DNA of 63,922 nt, counting the filler, from Octopus bimaculoides (lineage: Eukaryota), in assembly GCF_001194135.2 (NCBI RefSeq). It is 6 parts of 4 records of this genome, joined end to end, with 100 filler letters (N's around TTAATTAATTAA, not from the genome) between each part and the next. Parts side by side here need not be neighbours in the genome. Positions count along the whole stretch, not along the records: positions 39,375 to 54,555 come from NC_069003.1; positions 54,656 to 59,473 come from NC_068984.1; positions 59,574 to 62,445 come from NC_069001.1; positions 62,546 to 63,922 come from NC_068991.1; 2 more parts are not named here. One strand, written 5' to 3'. Positions 51,310 through 63,889 of this stretch are shown here, piece by piece (positions within the stretch are counted from its first letter, which is position 1; the number at the start of each line of letters is the position of its first letter). The translations under genes were made by a program, and so were the position numbers. Under the pieces are notes generated by a model. It saw nothing but the letters and a program-made list of their open reading frames with translations. It was not told the DNA's origin and made no database searches.

Positions 51310-52707
51310 AACAACAATAAAAAGAAGAATATTGAGCAGGCACAAACTTACAAATACCTCGGAAGGAATGTTACAGGAGAGTTCGAGCAGTTCTAAAATC
51401 CGAGTTAAATGTATGTAACAAGGTGTTAGCCATAAATTCCTTAGCAGTTCCAGTTGTTATTTATAGTTTCAAAGTGTTGAACTGGAATATCAGCGAAATT
51501 AGAAAAATTGATAGGAAAATCCGTAAGCTGCTGACTTGCAATAAAACGTACCACCCAAAGGCAGACACAGATCGTCTTTACTTTCTCGGAGCCCAAGGAG
51601 GTCGAGGCTTGATCCAATCTGAAATCTCGTACGATTTTGGATTGGCCAAATATCTTGAAACATCTAACGACTGGATGCTAAAACTCATTGAAAACCGCAA
51701 GAGACGTAAGCAGCTTCATTTTGCCACGAGGGAGAGTAAAAAATTTGTTAGTGAGTTCATGCATAATACCCAGGCTGAACAGCATGATAGAAGTGTGGCA
51801 ACTCTTGTAAAGAAGCTGAAATCAATGGCAAAGCAAAAAGCGTTTGAACAATTGGCTGACAACCTCTGCGTGACAAATATCTGACCCGGAGCAAACATGC
51901 TGATGTAGACCAGAAGCACACCCATTAGTGGCTACGGAGCTCAAGGCTAAAGGCAGAGAGCGAAAACTTTATCTTAGTTGCTCAATAACAGAGGTTATTG
52001 ACCAGAACTACCAAGCCAATGTGAGGAAAAATGGAGTAGACCCAAAGTGCCGATACTGTAACGATGAGATTGAAACAGTGGACCACATAATCTCTGGGTG
52101 TAATGTTTTAGCACCAGTAGAATATAAATCTTGACACGACAGAGTTGGCCAATATCGATACTGGAAAATATGCTAGCATTATAAAATCAAAACTGCTGAT
52201 AAATGGCACAAGCACCACTCTGTCCAGTACATACAGACCACACTATCAAAGCTGATAAACCAGATATTGTTGTGAAAGATAAAAACAATAAAATCTGTCT
52301 ATTGATTAATATGAACGTACCTGTGATAATACCTCGGCAAAGGAATTTGATTAGCTCAGAAAATATAAAGATTTGCTGAATGAAATCGAAAAGATATGGC
52401 AGGTCAAGACGGTTACAATACCCGTGATTGTAAGAACAATTGGAATGATTAAGAAGGGAACTGGAAATTATTTGAAGATGATCCCTGTCTTACTATCCAT
52501 GCAAGAAGTGCAAAAATCTGTCTTAACTGGTACGTCACACATATTGAGAAGAACATTGTAGCTGTGAATTTTCTTTTCTTTTCCGCCTTTATTTTCTTTT
52601 CTTTTTTTTTCATTTTTTCTTCTTTCCCTTTTCTCCCTGTCTTTTCCCCCTTTTTTGTTCTATTGTACGACTTCGTAAATGAACAATCTAAGCACAATTT
52701 AAAGAGG
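51310..52707 (+). mobile_element. R4/Dong-like LINE 3' half
   Basis: NKVLAINSLAVPVVIYSF, YHPKADTDRLY, CRYCNDEIETVDHIISGC and KPDIVVKDK (RLE) motifs, VIVRTIGMIKKG; the 3' UTR runs directly into (AAT)n at ~52708. Confidence 0.9.
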
Positions 52708-52764
<57 letters not shown>

Positions 52765-52767
<3 letters not shown>

Positions 52768-53329
52768 CCCTGACGCAGTACCACTGCTCTGATGCAGTAC
52801 CACTTGCCCTGATGCAGTGCCAGGCACTGGTTCTCATGGCTTCTGATCTTAATTGATTGGAAGTGTTATCATGTATATTTTTTTGTCTTGGTATAAAAGA
52901 TGGGCTACAGCAAATATTCTGTCCAATACCACAGATTTGCTTGTCAGTTGTTTGGCCGTAAACAGTTGAGCATGTCCCTAAGTGGCTGACGATATGTGCA
53001 TCTATGACCACGAGAAGGAGTAGTGGGGGAGCATTATAGTCGTGTGTTGAGAGGAATTCATCACTGAAAACATGGGTGTTTCATTCATCATCCTTAAACA
53101 ACCCTTATTCAGGGACTCTTTGAGTGGGACCCGAAGAAAATTCTGACTAGGCCCCCACCTGCAAAGTCATGCGCTGTTTATTTTGATATGAGATCACCAT
53201 ATGGGGCACATATGTTTGTGACGCATGTGCCTGGTGTACCTCTATCACACGGGTAATCATGATGGGTGTACTGAGCTTCGTATATTTTACCCCAGTGTCA
53301 CTTTGATGGCATGAACTGCTATCTCACTC

Positions 53330-53330
<1 letters not shown>
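52765..53330 (+). mobile_element. (AAT)n-embedded non-coding repeat, copy 2 (longer)
   Basis: Homologous to 45600-46020; flanked by (AAT)n on both sides. Confidence 0.7.
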
Positions 53331-53364
<34 letters not shown>

Positions 53365-53366
<2 letters not shown>

Positions 53367-53578
53367 GTTTCAAATTTTGGCACAAGGCCAGCAATTTTGG
53401 CGAGAGGGACTAAGTTGGTTACATCTATCGCAATGCTCAGCTGGTAGTTATTTTAGCGACCTCGAAAGGACGATAGGCAAAGTCGAGCTCGGTGGAATTT
53501 GAACTCAGAGCGTAGCGACGGGTGAAATACCGCTAAGCATTTCACCCGATGCGCTAACGATTCTACTAGCTCGCCGCC

Positions 53579-53580
<2 letters not shown>
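53365..53580 (-). mobile_element. SINE family B inside (AAT)n
   Basis: Full copy with (AAT)n on both sides. Confidence 0.85.
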
Positions 53581-53648
<68 letters not shown>

Positions 53649-54655
53649 TAATAATAATGATGATGATGATGATGATGATGATAATGAGAAGTAGAAACTG
53701 CACAGCCATTGAAAATGAGGATGAAACCATTGATAGATTTCTTACCTAAACAATTAGCACTGTGTGTTTAATTACAAAATATTACGGTTTGATCTTTGCC
53801 AAAATGAAGATCTTAACCAAAATGATGATGGTGTATGTCGAACACGTGGTGTGCTCTGGCGGCAGTTATTATAAGGGCGATGATTACATCTAGATTAATC
53901 ATGGCGGTGTTTGAAGTTCGACTTTGAATCAAAGAATAATACAGAAGATGCATAGAATATACATATTTAATAATTTTTTCTACTCATAACAGAAATTTCA
54001 GTCGTAGGAAGTCATGTATAACGCCATTTCATCTTAATATGAAATCATTAGCTTGATATAACCCTAGGCAAATAGATTACATTAAATTAAACATTTTAGA
54101 AACGAAGATAGTTCAGGTGACATTCATTGAACGTGTTTCTTTTCTGTTTTTGTTTTCTTCATAGAGCATTGATGTTTCACAAGGATAAGTCACAATGAGC
54201 CAAAAACATCTAGCCTTTCGTATTGGCAAAACTAACAGTTTGTCTTGTCCACTGAACGGTTGGCACTAGTGATGATTACGGGTCCCGCCGATTTACTATA
54301 ATTAATCTTTACCATGAAAGGATATCAAAGACGTAATCAATATAATGTAAATAGTTTCATAATATAAAAAGGTATTTAAACGTAAACTCGATGTAATTGA
54401 GAATCAATAATGAAATTCATATTTCAATAAACACTTTATTTATTTGTTTTTTTTTTATCCTGTACATAATTATGTTTCTGGGAGATAAAAGCATATCTTC
54501 CTATAATTATTTGCTGTTTTATAAACGCAGTACACACACACACACACACACACACNNNNNNNNNNNNNNNNNNNNNNNNNNNNNNNNNNNNNNNNNNNNT
54601 TAATTAATTAANNNNNNNNNNNNNNNNNNNNNNNNNNNNNNNNNNNNNNNNNNNN

Positions 54656-54738
<83 letters not shown>

Positions 54739-56219
54739 GGAGGAGGAGAGCATCATACGAAGCCTTATGTCAAAGGAAAGCAGACAAACTAGAAAGGAGG
54801 AAGAGCTGTCAATGAAGACTGCTTGCATGTAGGCTAGGTCAACAATCACTGAATGAGATGCGGTGGATGTAAGGTAGTTGTAGTGGCTGTAAGGGTTTTT
54901 AAAGTGAGGGAAATATAGGCTACTGGGTGAAAACCTCTTCCTCTGAAGAAGACGTCTTGTTTTGGTTTGTAATGGTACTTTGTTTTGTTTGCTTTGAATG
55001 TACGTCTTTTTGCTCCTTCATATCTCTTAAGTTCATTCACGAAAGTAAAAAATCAGTCCCCGAGTGAGTGAAAATATAAAATTTTCAGGCAATGTTAAAG
55101 TAAAACTTTCGATTCAACATCTAATCTCATTCTAGACTACTCTTCTGAATTGTAGTTCCAACTGTAATTTAATTATGCAGCACTGAAAAAGGATTAAGTT
55201 AATGATGGTTGTTTCAGCTTCCCAGAGACTTGTCTACCTTTCTAGAAAAATAAAATTATGAAAATTTCATTACCATCTAGATAGAAATCTACAGAGAGTT
55301 GTATGCAACTTTCTTTACCGAGTGTTATATAAATTTCTATTTAATGTATTTGTCATTTTTTCTGAGAGCAGTTAGCAACTGCCAGCACAATTTAATCCAA
55401 ATTACTTTAAGCGGTTGCTGTCTAGTGTAATTATTGTTGGCTTAAACGACCGTGTAGTTTTATATCTAGTCTCACTTGATCTTTTTGATACAATCTCACA
55501 GTTTTATATATATAAAAAAAATACAGAGAATACACTTTTTTTTAATGAGACAAAAAACATAACTTATTCAACAAGACTTTTCAAGATTAACATTTTCTTG
55601 TGTTATTTATGGATCTTTTGATTTTTACTTATTTGTTGTATAAATGTACCCGTAAAAGAAATATAGTTTCTCGTAGATTGAGGTAACCTTCCCAAGTATG
55701 AAACTAAATTATTTATTATTTAGAAAACTCTATGCTCTTTCGATGATACTGCTAATTGAAATATCTCATTCTTAAAAGACGTAAGAAATTTTCGTACCAC
55801 ACAAGCTACAGAGTGTGGTACAGATGAATGCACACCTACAGAAACATATGCACCTACATAATGTGATATCACAGTGTTACTTGGTAAATTATACATAAAA
55901 ATGTTGCAGTTGATTGTTAATTACAGATATTAGTGCTCAAAATCCTATACTAGCCACCAAAATTGTCAAACTGCCAATCATTTTCTGCACGTTCGTTTAT
56001 CACTCACCCAAGAGCAAAAATCACCCTCCGGTAGGTGATATCGCTTACGTTAAAAAACTCTGACCTAGATAGAGCATCGTTTCACTCAGACGTTAAACTC
56101 TTACAATGAACTAATGCATCCAGTGCAAGGCCATCTTAGAAGCCTTATAAGGTTTCTGGGCAAATCAATGCACTGGACCATACAGATGTTCAGTTTGGAT
56201 CACAGATTTTTAAATTAAT

Positions 56220-56400
56220 TTTTTTTAACTAAACAGTTTGAAACTTCGTATACTGGTGAAATATCTCAGGCAGAACACTGTTTACTTTGAACATTTTTGA
56301 CAAAATTTGGTATTTTAGAAGTTATTTCGTGTTAAAGTTGTATTTGGGTAATTTCAACCAATCAACGACGTGTATTCGGTTGAAGACAGCTACTGCTGTT
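56220..56400. mobile_element. Decayed fragment of the 8-bp-TSD TIR family (18608/21643)
   Basis: Shares GTTAAAGTTG...GTAATTTCAACCAATCA and TTTGAAACTT blocks with the intact copies. Confidence 0.5.
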
Positions 56401-56899
56401 TGCGATAGTAATCGAAGAGGAACAACTTTCGGTTCATCTCTACTACATGTAGCTTAGTCGAATTAGTCCATCATTTACGCCACAAATGTTTTGTCGTCAA
56501 TGCTGCACTTTCTCATATCACATGTTTCAACATAACTCTCATATATATACAAAGTATGCCATTTTAATTCCGAGCAATGCCGGATATTTCTGCTAATACA
56601 TGATATGTAAGCTTTAGAGAAGAAAGAAAAAAAAAGCTTCTTGCATGAAAACTGCTGCATCTGTTGTAAATAATATTTAGGTGTACTAACATTGTGCATG
56701 GTCAATTTTCTTTTTCTGTTTCATATTGTATTATATGAACGTCATAAGCACAGTAGCCACGTTTCAGGTTTACAAAAAAAGCAAAAACCTGTTTCTATTT
56801 AAGGACAATGACTGATTTGCAAGTTGGCTAAAATGACTGAGAAACTAAATATAGGGTAGATTTAACGTAAATGTAGTGTTAAACTCCGTGACAAAGAAA

Positions 56900-57062
56900 T
56901 ATTGGCACAAATTTGCAAATTTCTAAGGAGAGGGCTATAAAGGCACAAAGCGTGAAATTTTGTGGGAGGGGACTAGTCGATTACATCGACCCCAGTGTTT
57001 CACTGGTACTTAATTTATCGATCCCGAAAGGATGAAAAGCAAAGTCGACCTCGGCGGAATAA
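56900..57062 (-). mobile_element. SINE family B 3' part
   Basis: CCCGAAAGGATGAAAAGCAAAGTCGACCTCGGCGGAAT. Confidence 0.75.
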
Positions 57063-57167
57063 GTACATTTATGTTGTCAATAACGTCACTGGCCTGCATG
57101 CGCACTGCATATTTAAAAATGCACGTTACGCGTGCGCGCGCACACACGCACACACACACACGCACGC

Positions 57168-57201
<34 letters not shown>

Positions 57202-58569
57202 NNNNNNNNNNNNNNNNNNNNNNNNNNNNNNNNNNNNNNNNNNNNNNNNNNNNNNNNNNNNNNNNNNNNNNNNNNNNNNNNNNNNNNNNNNNNNNNNNNN
57301 NNNNNNNNNNNNNNAGGAGCAGTCCAATGATCAAAGATGTTCCATTTTTTTTTTTACTAAATATGATGTATCGAATGTCCATCAAATGAAGTTTTCCATT
57401 TTAAAGACTTTTGAATGTAATTTGAGAGAGATTTGGATGCTTTTTCTTGCAACGGGAGTGACTGTGAAAGGTTTCCGCTTTGTCTCCATCTTCTGATTTT
57501 TTTTCGTCATCACCGTCGTTGTCGTTGTTGTTATAACCCTCGGTCTTCCCTGGTTGAGTACACTATTGATCAGATGAATTTCATCGGTGACCATCTTGTC
57601 TTTTTGCATATCGAAAACAACATTGGTCAACGGATGTCTTTTTTTCTTTTTATTGGAGGCCGATTTGGCTACTATTCCTGTAGATCCAGTTACAGGAATG
57701 GGGGTTAATATATATCAAAATATAATCCAGAAAATCCTTGTGGGAACACGGAAACAGAAAAGCGTATTTTTCGTGAATAATCCTGTCATGTTAGTTTTAA
57801 GAATGTCTTGTAAGTTTTGTTACAGGTGTCTGAGCTCTGAGTTCAAATCTTGCCGAAGTCAATTTTTTTCCATTCTTCTTCTTCTTCTTTTTCTTCTTCT
57901 TCTTCTTCTTCTTCTTCTTCTTCTTCTTCTTCTTCTTCTTCTTCTTCCCCCCATTCTCTCAGAAAAAATTCGGCTCTGATCTGACCTGTTGAAGAATGTG
58001 CCACTCAGACGTTTTTAGGATGTCCCAAACCCACCGTGAAATGTGACATCGGTGCTTCTACGACTTGCAAATTGCAAAGTAAGCGTTATCTTAAGAACAA
58101 GAGGGTAAGGATGAGGGTAAGTTGGGATCCGAGTAAAATAGAAATGTAAAAAAGAAAAAATAAAGAGAGAGAGAGAGAGAGAGAGAAAAAGATGGGACTG
58201 AGATGATTTACTGCAGTAGGAGAGTAAAAAATATAGGTGATTGACAGTTTCCCTTTGAATCATGTTAGCAACTACTACGACGTTAGCAATAGCAGTAGAG
58301 ACGCAACACCTAACAAGGGTAGCAGCAACAAATCTAACAGTAACTACTTCAACAACAACAACAACAACAGCAGCAGCAACAACAACAGAGGCGAAAATGA
58401 TAATAAGAACAACACCCACAAGACAAAGCATTTACTTAAAGCAATGAATATAGATAAATTGACGGAACGTATATATGAGAGCATGTGCAGGTCTATGTAC
58501 GTGTGTGAATGAATACAATACTTTAATATGTATCAAAGCTTCTGTACAGAACAGGCGATCCATTACTTT

Positions 58570-58850
58570 CCACTATGAGGATTCCAGTTGATCCGATCAA
58601 CAGAAAAAACCTGCTCGTGAAATTAACGTGCCAGCGGCTGAGCGCTCCACAGACACGTGTACCTTTAACGTAGTTCTGAGTGAGACTGAGCGTGAGAAAG
58701 AGTGTGACAAGGCTGGCCCTTGAAATTATAGCTACAGCTCATTTTTGCAAGTTGAGTGGTCTGGAGCAGCGTGAAATAAAGTGTCTTGCTCAAGAACACA
58801 ACGTACCGCCGGGAATCGAACTCACGACCTAACGATCATGAGCCGAACAA
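58570..58850 (-). mobile_element. SINE: family C tail on a CORE-like head
   Basis: Family C tail joined to AAATAAAGTGTCTTGCTCAAG and GGGAATCGAACTC. Confidence 0.65.
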
Positions 58851-58896
58851 TTAAGCACCTTCACTTAGAGTTTCTGTATAAATACATGCATACATT

Positions 58897-59125
58897 CATG
58901 GCTGTGTGGTAAGAAGCTTGCTTCCCAACCACATGGTTCCGGGTTCAGTCCTACTACGTGGCACCTCGGGCAGGTGTCTTCTACAATAGCCTCGGGTCGA
59001 CCAAAGCCTTGTGAGAGGATTTGGTAGACGGAAACCGAAAGAAGGCCGTCGTATATATGTATATGTAAGTATATGTTTGTGTGTCTGTGTTTGTCTCCTC
59101 ACCATCGCTTGACAAGGATATATAT
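58897..59125 (+). mobile_element. SINE family A 5' part
   Basis: Head and CORE-like segment present. Confidence 0.85.
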
Positions 59126-59340
59126 ATATATGTATGTGCTGCAGATGTTGGTGAGAGGGATAACTACCCTTGGCAAACAGGACACAGTCGTGTGTCGATA
59201 AGCCAGCTGGAGGAGATGTCCTCCTGGGGCTAAAAGCAACAGTAACATCCACCCCTAGGGGTCAGCCACACTTAAGTGGCAATATACTACACTTTATCGT
59301 GCAGTTACTGTTAATACTTCATTTAGAGAATTAACATTGC

Positions 59341-59382
<42 letters not shown>

Positions 59383-60129
59383 ATGAACGAAATCTAGATT
59401 CATTCTAGTAATCGCGAAATCGGTCGATACACAGTTAAGTTTATTTAAAAGAAAGTTGGTCGTCTTCTGTTGGNNNNNNNNNNNNNNNNNNNNNNNNNNN
59501 NNNNNNNNNNNNNNNNNTTAATTAATTAANNNNNNNNNNNNNNNNNNNNNNNNNNNNNNNNNNNNNNNNNNNNACACACACACACATATATAATATAATA
59601 CATACAAATAATATGCAAATACATGCATTCAATGACATCTATACAAGCACATACATCCATACACATGCACACATACATTACATAAACATTTATACATTAT
59701 ATATACACACACATTACATATACAATTAGGCATTATATATACACACATACATACACACAGTCACATTACATATACATCTATACATTATATATATACCCCT
59801 TCACACACACACATGTATAATACAAACACATAATAATATACAGATACAATTATGTCTATATATACATGCACTCACATGTGTATACACAGAATTCTAAATA
59901 TTTAATTGATAGTAAATAGAATGAATTGCTCGGAAAGAGTCTATTTATCATTATTTGTATTTTTTACTTGTTTCATATGTACTTTATCACACACAGACAT
60001 TAACATCCAAAAATACAACTAAATATTAATAAAACACACACACACATACACACACCAAATTAAAACACCTACAAACATACACATATATTCTAACGTAAAA
60101 TATACACATGCATTATATCACATTAGTTC

Positions 60130-60300
60130 GTCTGTTGCTGCCGACAATAAAAATGATATCACATGGGAGGAGACGATTGGACATGGTGCATCTGGTTGCG
60201 ACCGTTCAGTCTGATGCATGCTCGGAAGGTTCCGTCACAGGTCAGACACAAATGGTCTGTTGGGATTGAAGGCGAAGAGTTGGCTCTGGATTTGCACATA
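60130..60300 (-). mobile_element. RTE LINE C-terminal relic
   Basis: CKSRANSSPSIPTDHLCLTCDGTFRACIRLNGR resembles the RTE end RKARA....THMCPTCGRAFRARIGL.SH. Confidence 0.7.
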
Positions 60301-60304
60301 TATA

Positions 60305-60466
60305 TATTCGCCATGATAGCTCGCTGACCACTACATTTATATTTTTTTTCTCCTTGTTTCTTTCTGTGTTCCTTTCAGTTGAAGAGCGTAGCTTGAAACT
60401 TCAAAGACTTTCTCTATTCCCGAGCGTTAAACTAATACATCCATTTGTTGTTTACACCACATGTCT
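60305..60466 (+). mobile_element. Same ~200-bp repeat, copy 4 (cut by gap)
   Basis: Motif at 60372-60406. Confidence 0.55.
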
Positions 60467-60831
60467 NNNNNNNNNNNNNNNNNNNNNNNNNNNNNNNNNN
60501 NNNNNNNNNNNNNNNNNNNNNNNNNNNNNNNNNNNNNNNNNNNNNNNNNNNNNNNNNNNNNNNNNNNNNNNNNNNNNNNNNNNNNNNNNNNNNNNNNNNN
60601 NNNNNNNNNNNNNNNNNNNNNNNNNNNNNNNNNNNNNNNNNNNNNNNNNNNNNNNNNNNNNNNNNNNNNNNNNNNNNNNNNNNNNNNNNNNNNNNNNNNN
60701 NNNNNNNNNNNNNNNNNNNNNNNNNNNNNNNNNNNNNNNNNNNNNNNNNNNNNNNNNNNNNNNNNNNNNNNNNNNNNNNNNNNNNNNNNNNNNNNNNNNN
60801 NNNNNNNNNNNNNNNNNNNNNNNNNNNNNNN

Positions 60832-60861
<30 letters not shown>

Positions 60862-60867
<6 letters not shown>

Positions 60868-61030
60868 GGCTTCTTTTCAGTTTCCGTCTACCAAATCCGC
60901 TCACAAGGCTTTGGTCGGTCCAAGGCTATAGCAGAAGACACTTGCCCAAGGTGCCATGCAGTGGGACTGAACCCAGAACCATGGGGTTGCTAAGCAAGCA
61001 AACTACTTACCACACAGCCACTCCAGCACC
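60862..61030 (-). mobile_element. SINE family A 5' part
   Basis: Reverse complement of the head and CORE-like segment. Confidence 0.85.
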
Positions 61031-61039
61031 TGTATATTT

Positions 61040-61610
61040 GCCTTTCTTTTTCACTGTATACCACGTTTTTTTATTATTTATTTATCGTATCATTTCATTA
61101 TTTGTAAACCCCAACACTTTATGTCTGTTTGTATTGTCCCCCGCCCCTCACCCAGGTGGTAAATAAATGAAGTTGTTATTATTGGCTCTCATAGACACCT
61201 TCAAGTTTCACTCGAAAAGGAAATTGAGGGTGGAGTGGGAAATGCTGTCCTCGAGTGAGCTTATTGAAGATGAGTAAAAGTTGCGAAAACCTGTGAGTCG
61301 AAGAAAAGGAATTAGATGGAGCACTTGCTCTTGGTGTTCAGAGAAATCTCAAATAGTGGGGTCCCTCAATTATCAAGAGGGCTACATCTCTATCATCCTT
61401 CATCCCCTTTTTTTTCTCTTTAAATCTCTGTATACTATGCATAACTCCCTTTCTTTTCATTATATGCTGTGTATACTTATATCTTTTTGGGGTTGCTTAT
61501 TTAAATATTTTATCATTCCTTTATATGTAAACCCAGACACTTTATGTCTGTCCATGTATTGTTCTCCGCATCCTTCGCCCTGGTGGCAAATAAATGAAAT
61601 TATTACAATT
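61040..61610 (+). mobile_element. Tx1/L1-like 3' ends in tandem
   Basis: FHSKRKLRVEWEMLSSSELIE resembles the 13260-13320 segment of the Tx1 element; the 3' UTR motif CC(A/T)GGTGG(T/C)AAATAAATGAA occurs twice (~61155 and ~61580). Confidence 0.6.
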
Positions 61611-62774
61611 ACTATTATTATTATTATTTTTATTACTATTATTTGTTGTTGTTGTTATTGCTATTGTTTTAAACTTTAAAACCTTTCACCCAATGGTGTC
61701 TGTCTAAAGACTGGATGTGAAGATAAATGCTTTTCACAAAATCTGGTAAAAAAATATAAAAATACGAGAAAAAAAGAAAAAGCTAAAAAGACCTTCTGTC
61801 CACCACCTCCACCACCTCCACCACCTCTGCCCCCACCACTTCCTTCCTTCTTTCCTCCTATCTTTCATCCTACAAAACACATCTATTATGCTTCTTTCTT
61901 TCTTTCTAAAAACAAACAAACACACACACAAAAGGAAAAAAAAAACCTATTGTTTGTTTTGTAGTAATAATTAAGAAATTAGTTATTTATTGATTGGAAT
62001 AAGGTATGTTAACTAATTAGCAACAAATTATTTACGTGGGGGGTGATGGTGGTGGGAGTGGAGGAAGAGAGGAGGAGGAGTAGAAAGTGGGTGGGGGTGA
62101 CAGAAATCAGCATAAAGCATGCATGAGTGGTTTCAACCACACTTGGGTACTTTGTATATATAATTAAATCACTTCATATAACTTACAGGGTGTATATGTG
62201 TGCATATATGTGTCTGTACACACACACACACAGAAAGTTAAGTGGGATAGTTATGCGCATAAATCAAGACGAAAATATGTTTTGTCTTGCAAAAGAAAAA
62301 AAAAAAAGAGTTCCTTTGAAAAACTCTCGTGTCTAATCAAGCGTGAAGTCGACAATTACGAGACAAAACAAAACAAAAGAATAAAAAACAAATTATCTGA
62401 ACAAAGTGTGAAAGCATTCATGCATGCATAAACATATATGGGTTTNNNNNNNNNNNNNNNNNNNNNNNNNNNNNNNNNNNNNNNNNNNNTTAATTAATTA
62501 ANNNNNNNNNNNNNNNNNNNNNNNNNNNNNNNNNNNNNNNNNNNNATATATATATATATATATATACATATATATATAAAATTTATTTTTTGATATTCAA
62601 TGTGCATTTTCGCTTTTTTTCTTCTTACTTTCCCCATATTTTTTCCACGTGTGGTTTCTATTTTCTTTTTGAAACATATTTCTATTTATGTATATGTATA
62701 TGTATATGTATATATATAGATCGTACATGTATATATGTACATGTATATATATTATGTATATATATAGAGAGAGA

Positions 62775-62952
62775 TCGCTAGCCACTATACATATTTTTTT
62801 CTCTCCTTGTTTCTTTCTGTGTTCTTTTCTGTGGAAGAGCGTAGGCTCGAAACGTTAAAGACTTTTTCAATTCCCGAGCGTTATACTAATACATCTGTTT
62901 GTTTTCTTTCTACATCACCTGTCTTCGTCTTTTGTTTGTGAATTCTCCCTAT
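62775..62952 (+). mobile_element. Same ~200-bp repeat, copy 5
   Basis: Motif at 62825-62860; ends GTGAATTCTCCCTATA followed by microsatellite. Confidence 0.6.
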
Positions 62953-62974
62953 ATACATACATATATACATATAT

Positions 62975-63025
<51 letters not shown>

Positions 63026-63216
63026 TGTATGTATATATAAATGACATAAGGGTGCACAAGCCGTCTGAATGCTAGAAAGAGGAGCTAAAATCCTCATTTA
63101 AACCACCAGTATAACATGAAAAATACGGCAGAAAATCAACAGTAGTCGGGCGAACGTGTTGAATAATTTTTAACATTCCTACATAATACAATGCTATATA
63201 TTTTTGGTATTTGGAT

Positions 63217-63367
63217 ATACCTGCATCGTGATTTCTGGTTCTAGGGAAAAGCCTTACCTTCATCAGTAAGTATTATCGATTGAAAAAATCTTCAACACGT
63301 CAAACGGTAATGCTTGCTGATGAAGGTAATGCTTTTAGTAATCCATTACCTCAAATTTGAAGCCATT
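63217..63367. other. Divergent pair of decayed type-I hammerhead-like motifs forming a 32-bp inverted repeat
   Basis: CTGATGA on the minus strand (63260-63266) and on the plus strand (63317-63323); IR arms at 63247-63278 and 63305-63336. Confidence 0.45.
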
Positions 63368-63577
63368 AAGTCTTTAAACATTATTTTACTGGGTTTAGTA
63401 TTTCGACTGTCGTCACGATGGAGTATCACATTCAAAAATTTAATTCCTCATACTGACCTCAGTACATATTTCAATCTGGCATTTATGTTATAGATCTCTG
63501 CTTGAACTGCTAGCTTTGAGACATACTGGAACACAACACTCGATTTAAGAAGTTAAAACAAACATACACACATATAT

Positions 63578-63731
63578 TAGGTGCAAGAATGACGGTGTAA
63601 TTGGGAAATTTGCTTCCTAACCATATGGTTCCACGTTCAGTCTCTCTGCATGGTACCTTGGGCAAGTGTTTTCTATTATAGCCCTCGGCCAACCACAAAC
63701 TTGTGACTGAATTTGGTAGATAGAAACTGCA
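63578..63731 (+). mobile_element. SINE family A, diverged 5' part
   Basis: GGTACCTTGGGCAAGTGTTTTCTATTATAGCC motif. Confidence 0.75.
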
Positions 63732-63889
63732 GCGTTGTTCATCAGAAAATGACCGAAAAGCATGTTTATATAGAAGAGTTGTTTGCTTTATACTCCTTGT
63801 GTGCCGATTCTGGCCATAAGAAATGAACAAATAATACAATGTGGCTGTAGGTGATAACACCCAGGCATGGCCTGGGTGCATTGCTAGTA

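Noticed and set aside
60150-60210. Kinase-like IGHGASG motif on the plus strand
   Set aside because: Stops within a few codons; the opposite strand explains the region as an RTE C-terminus.
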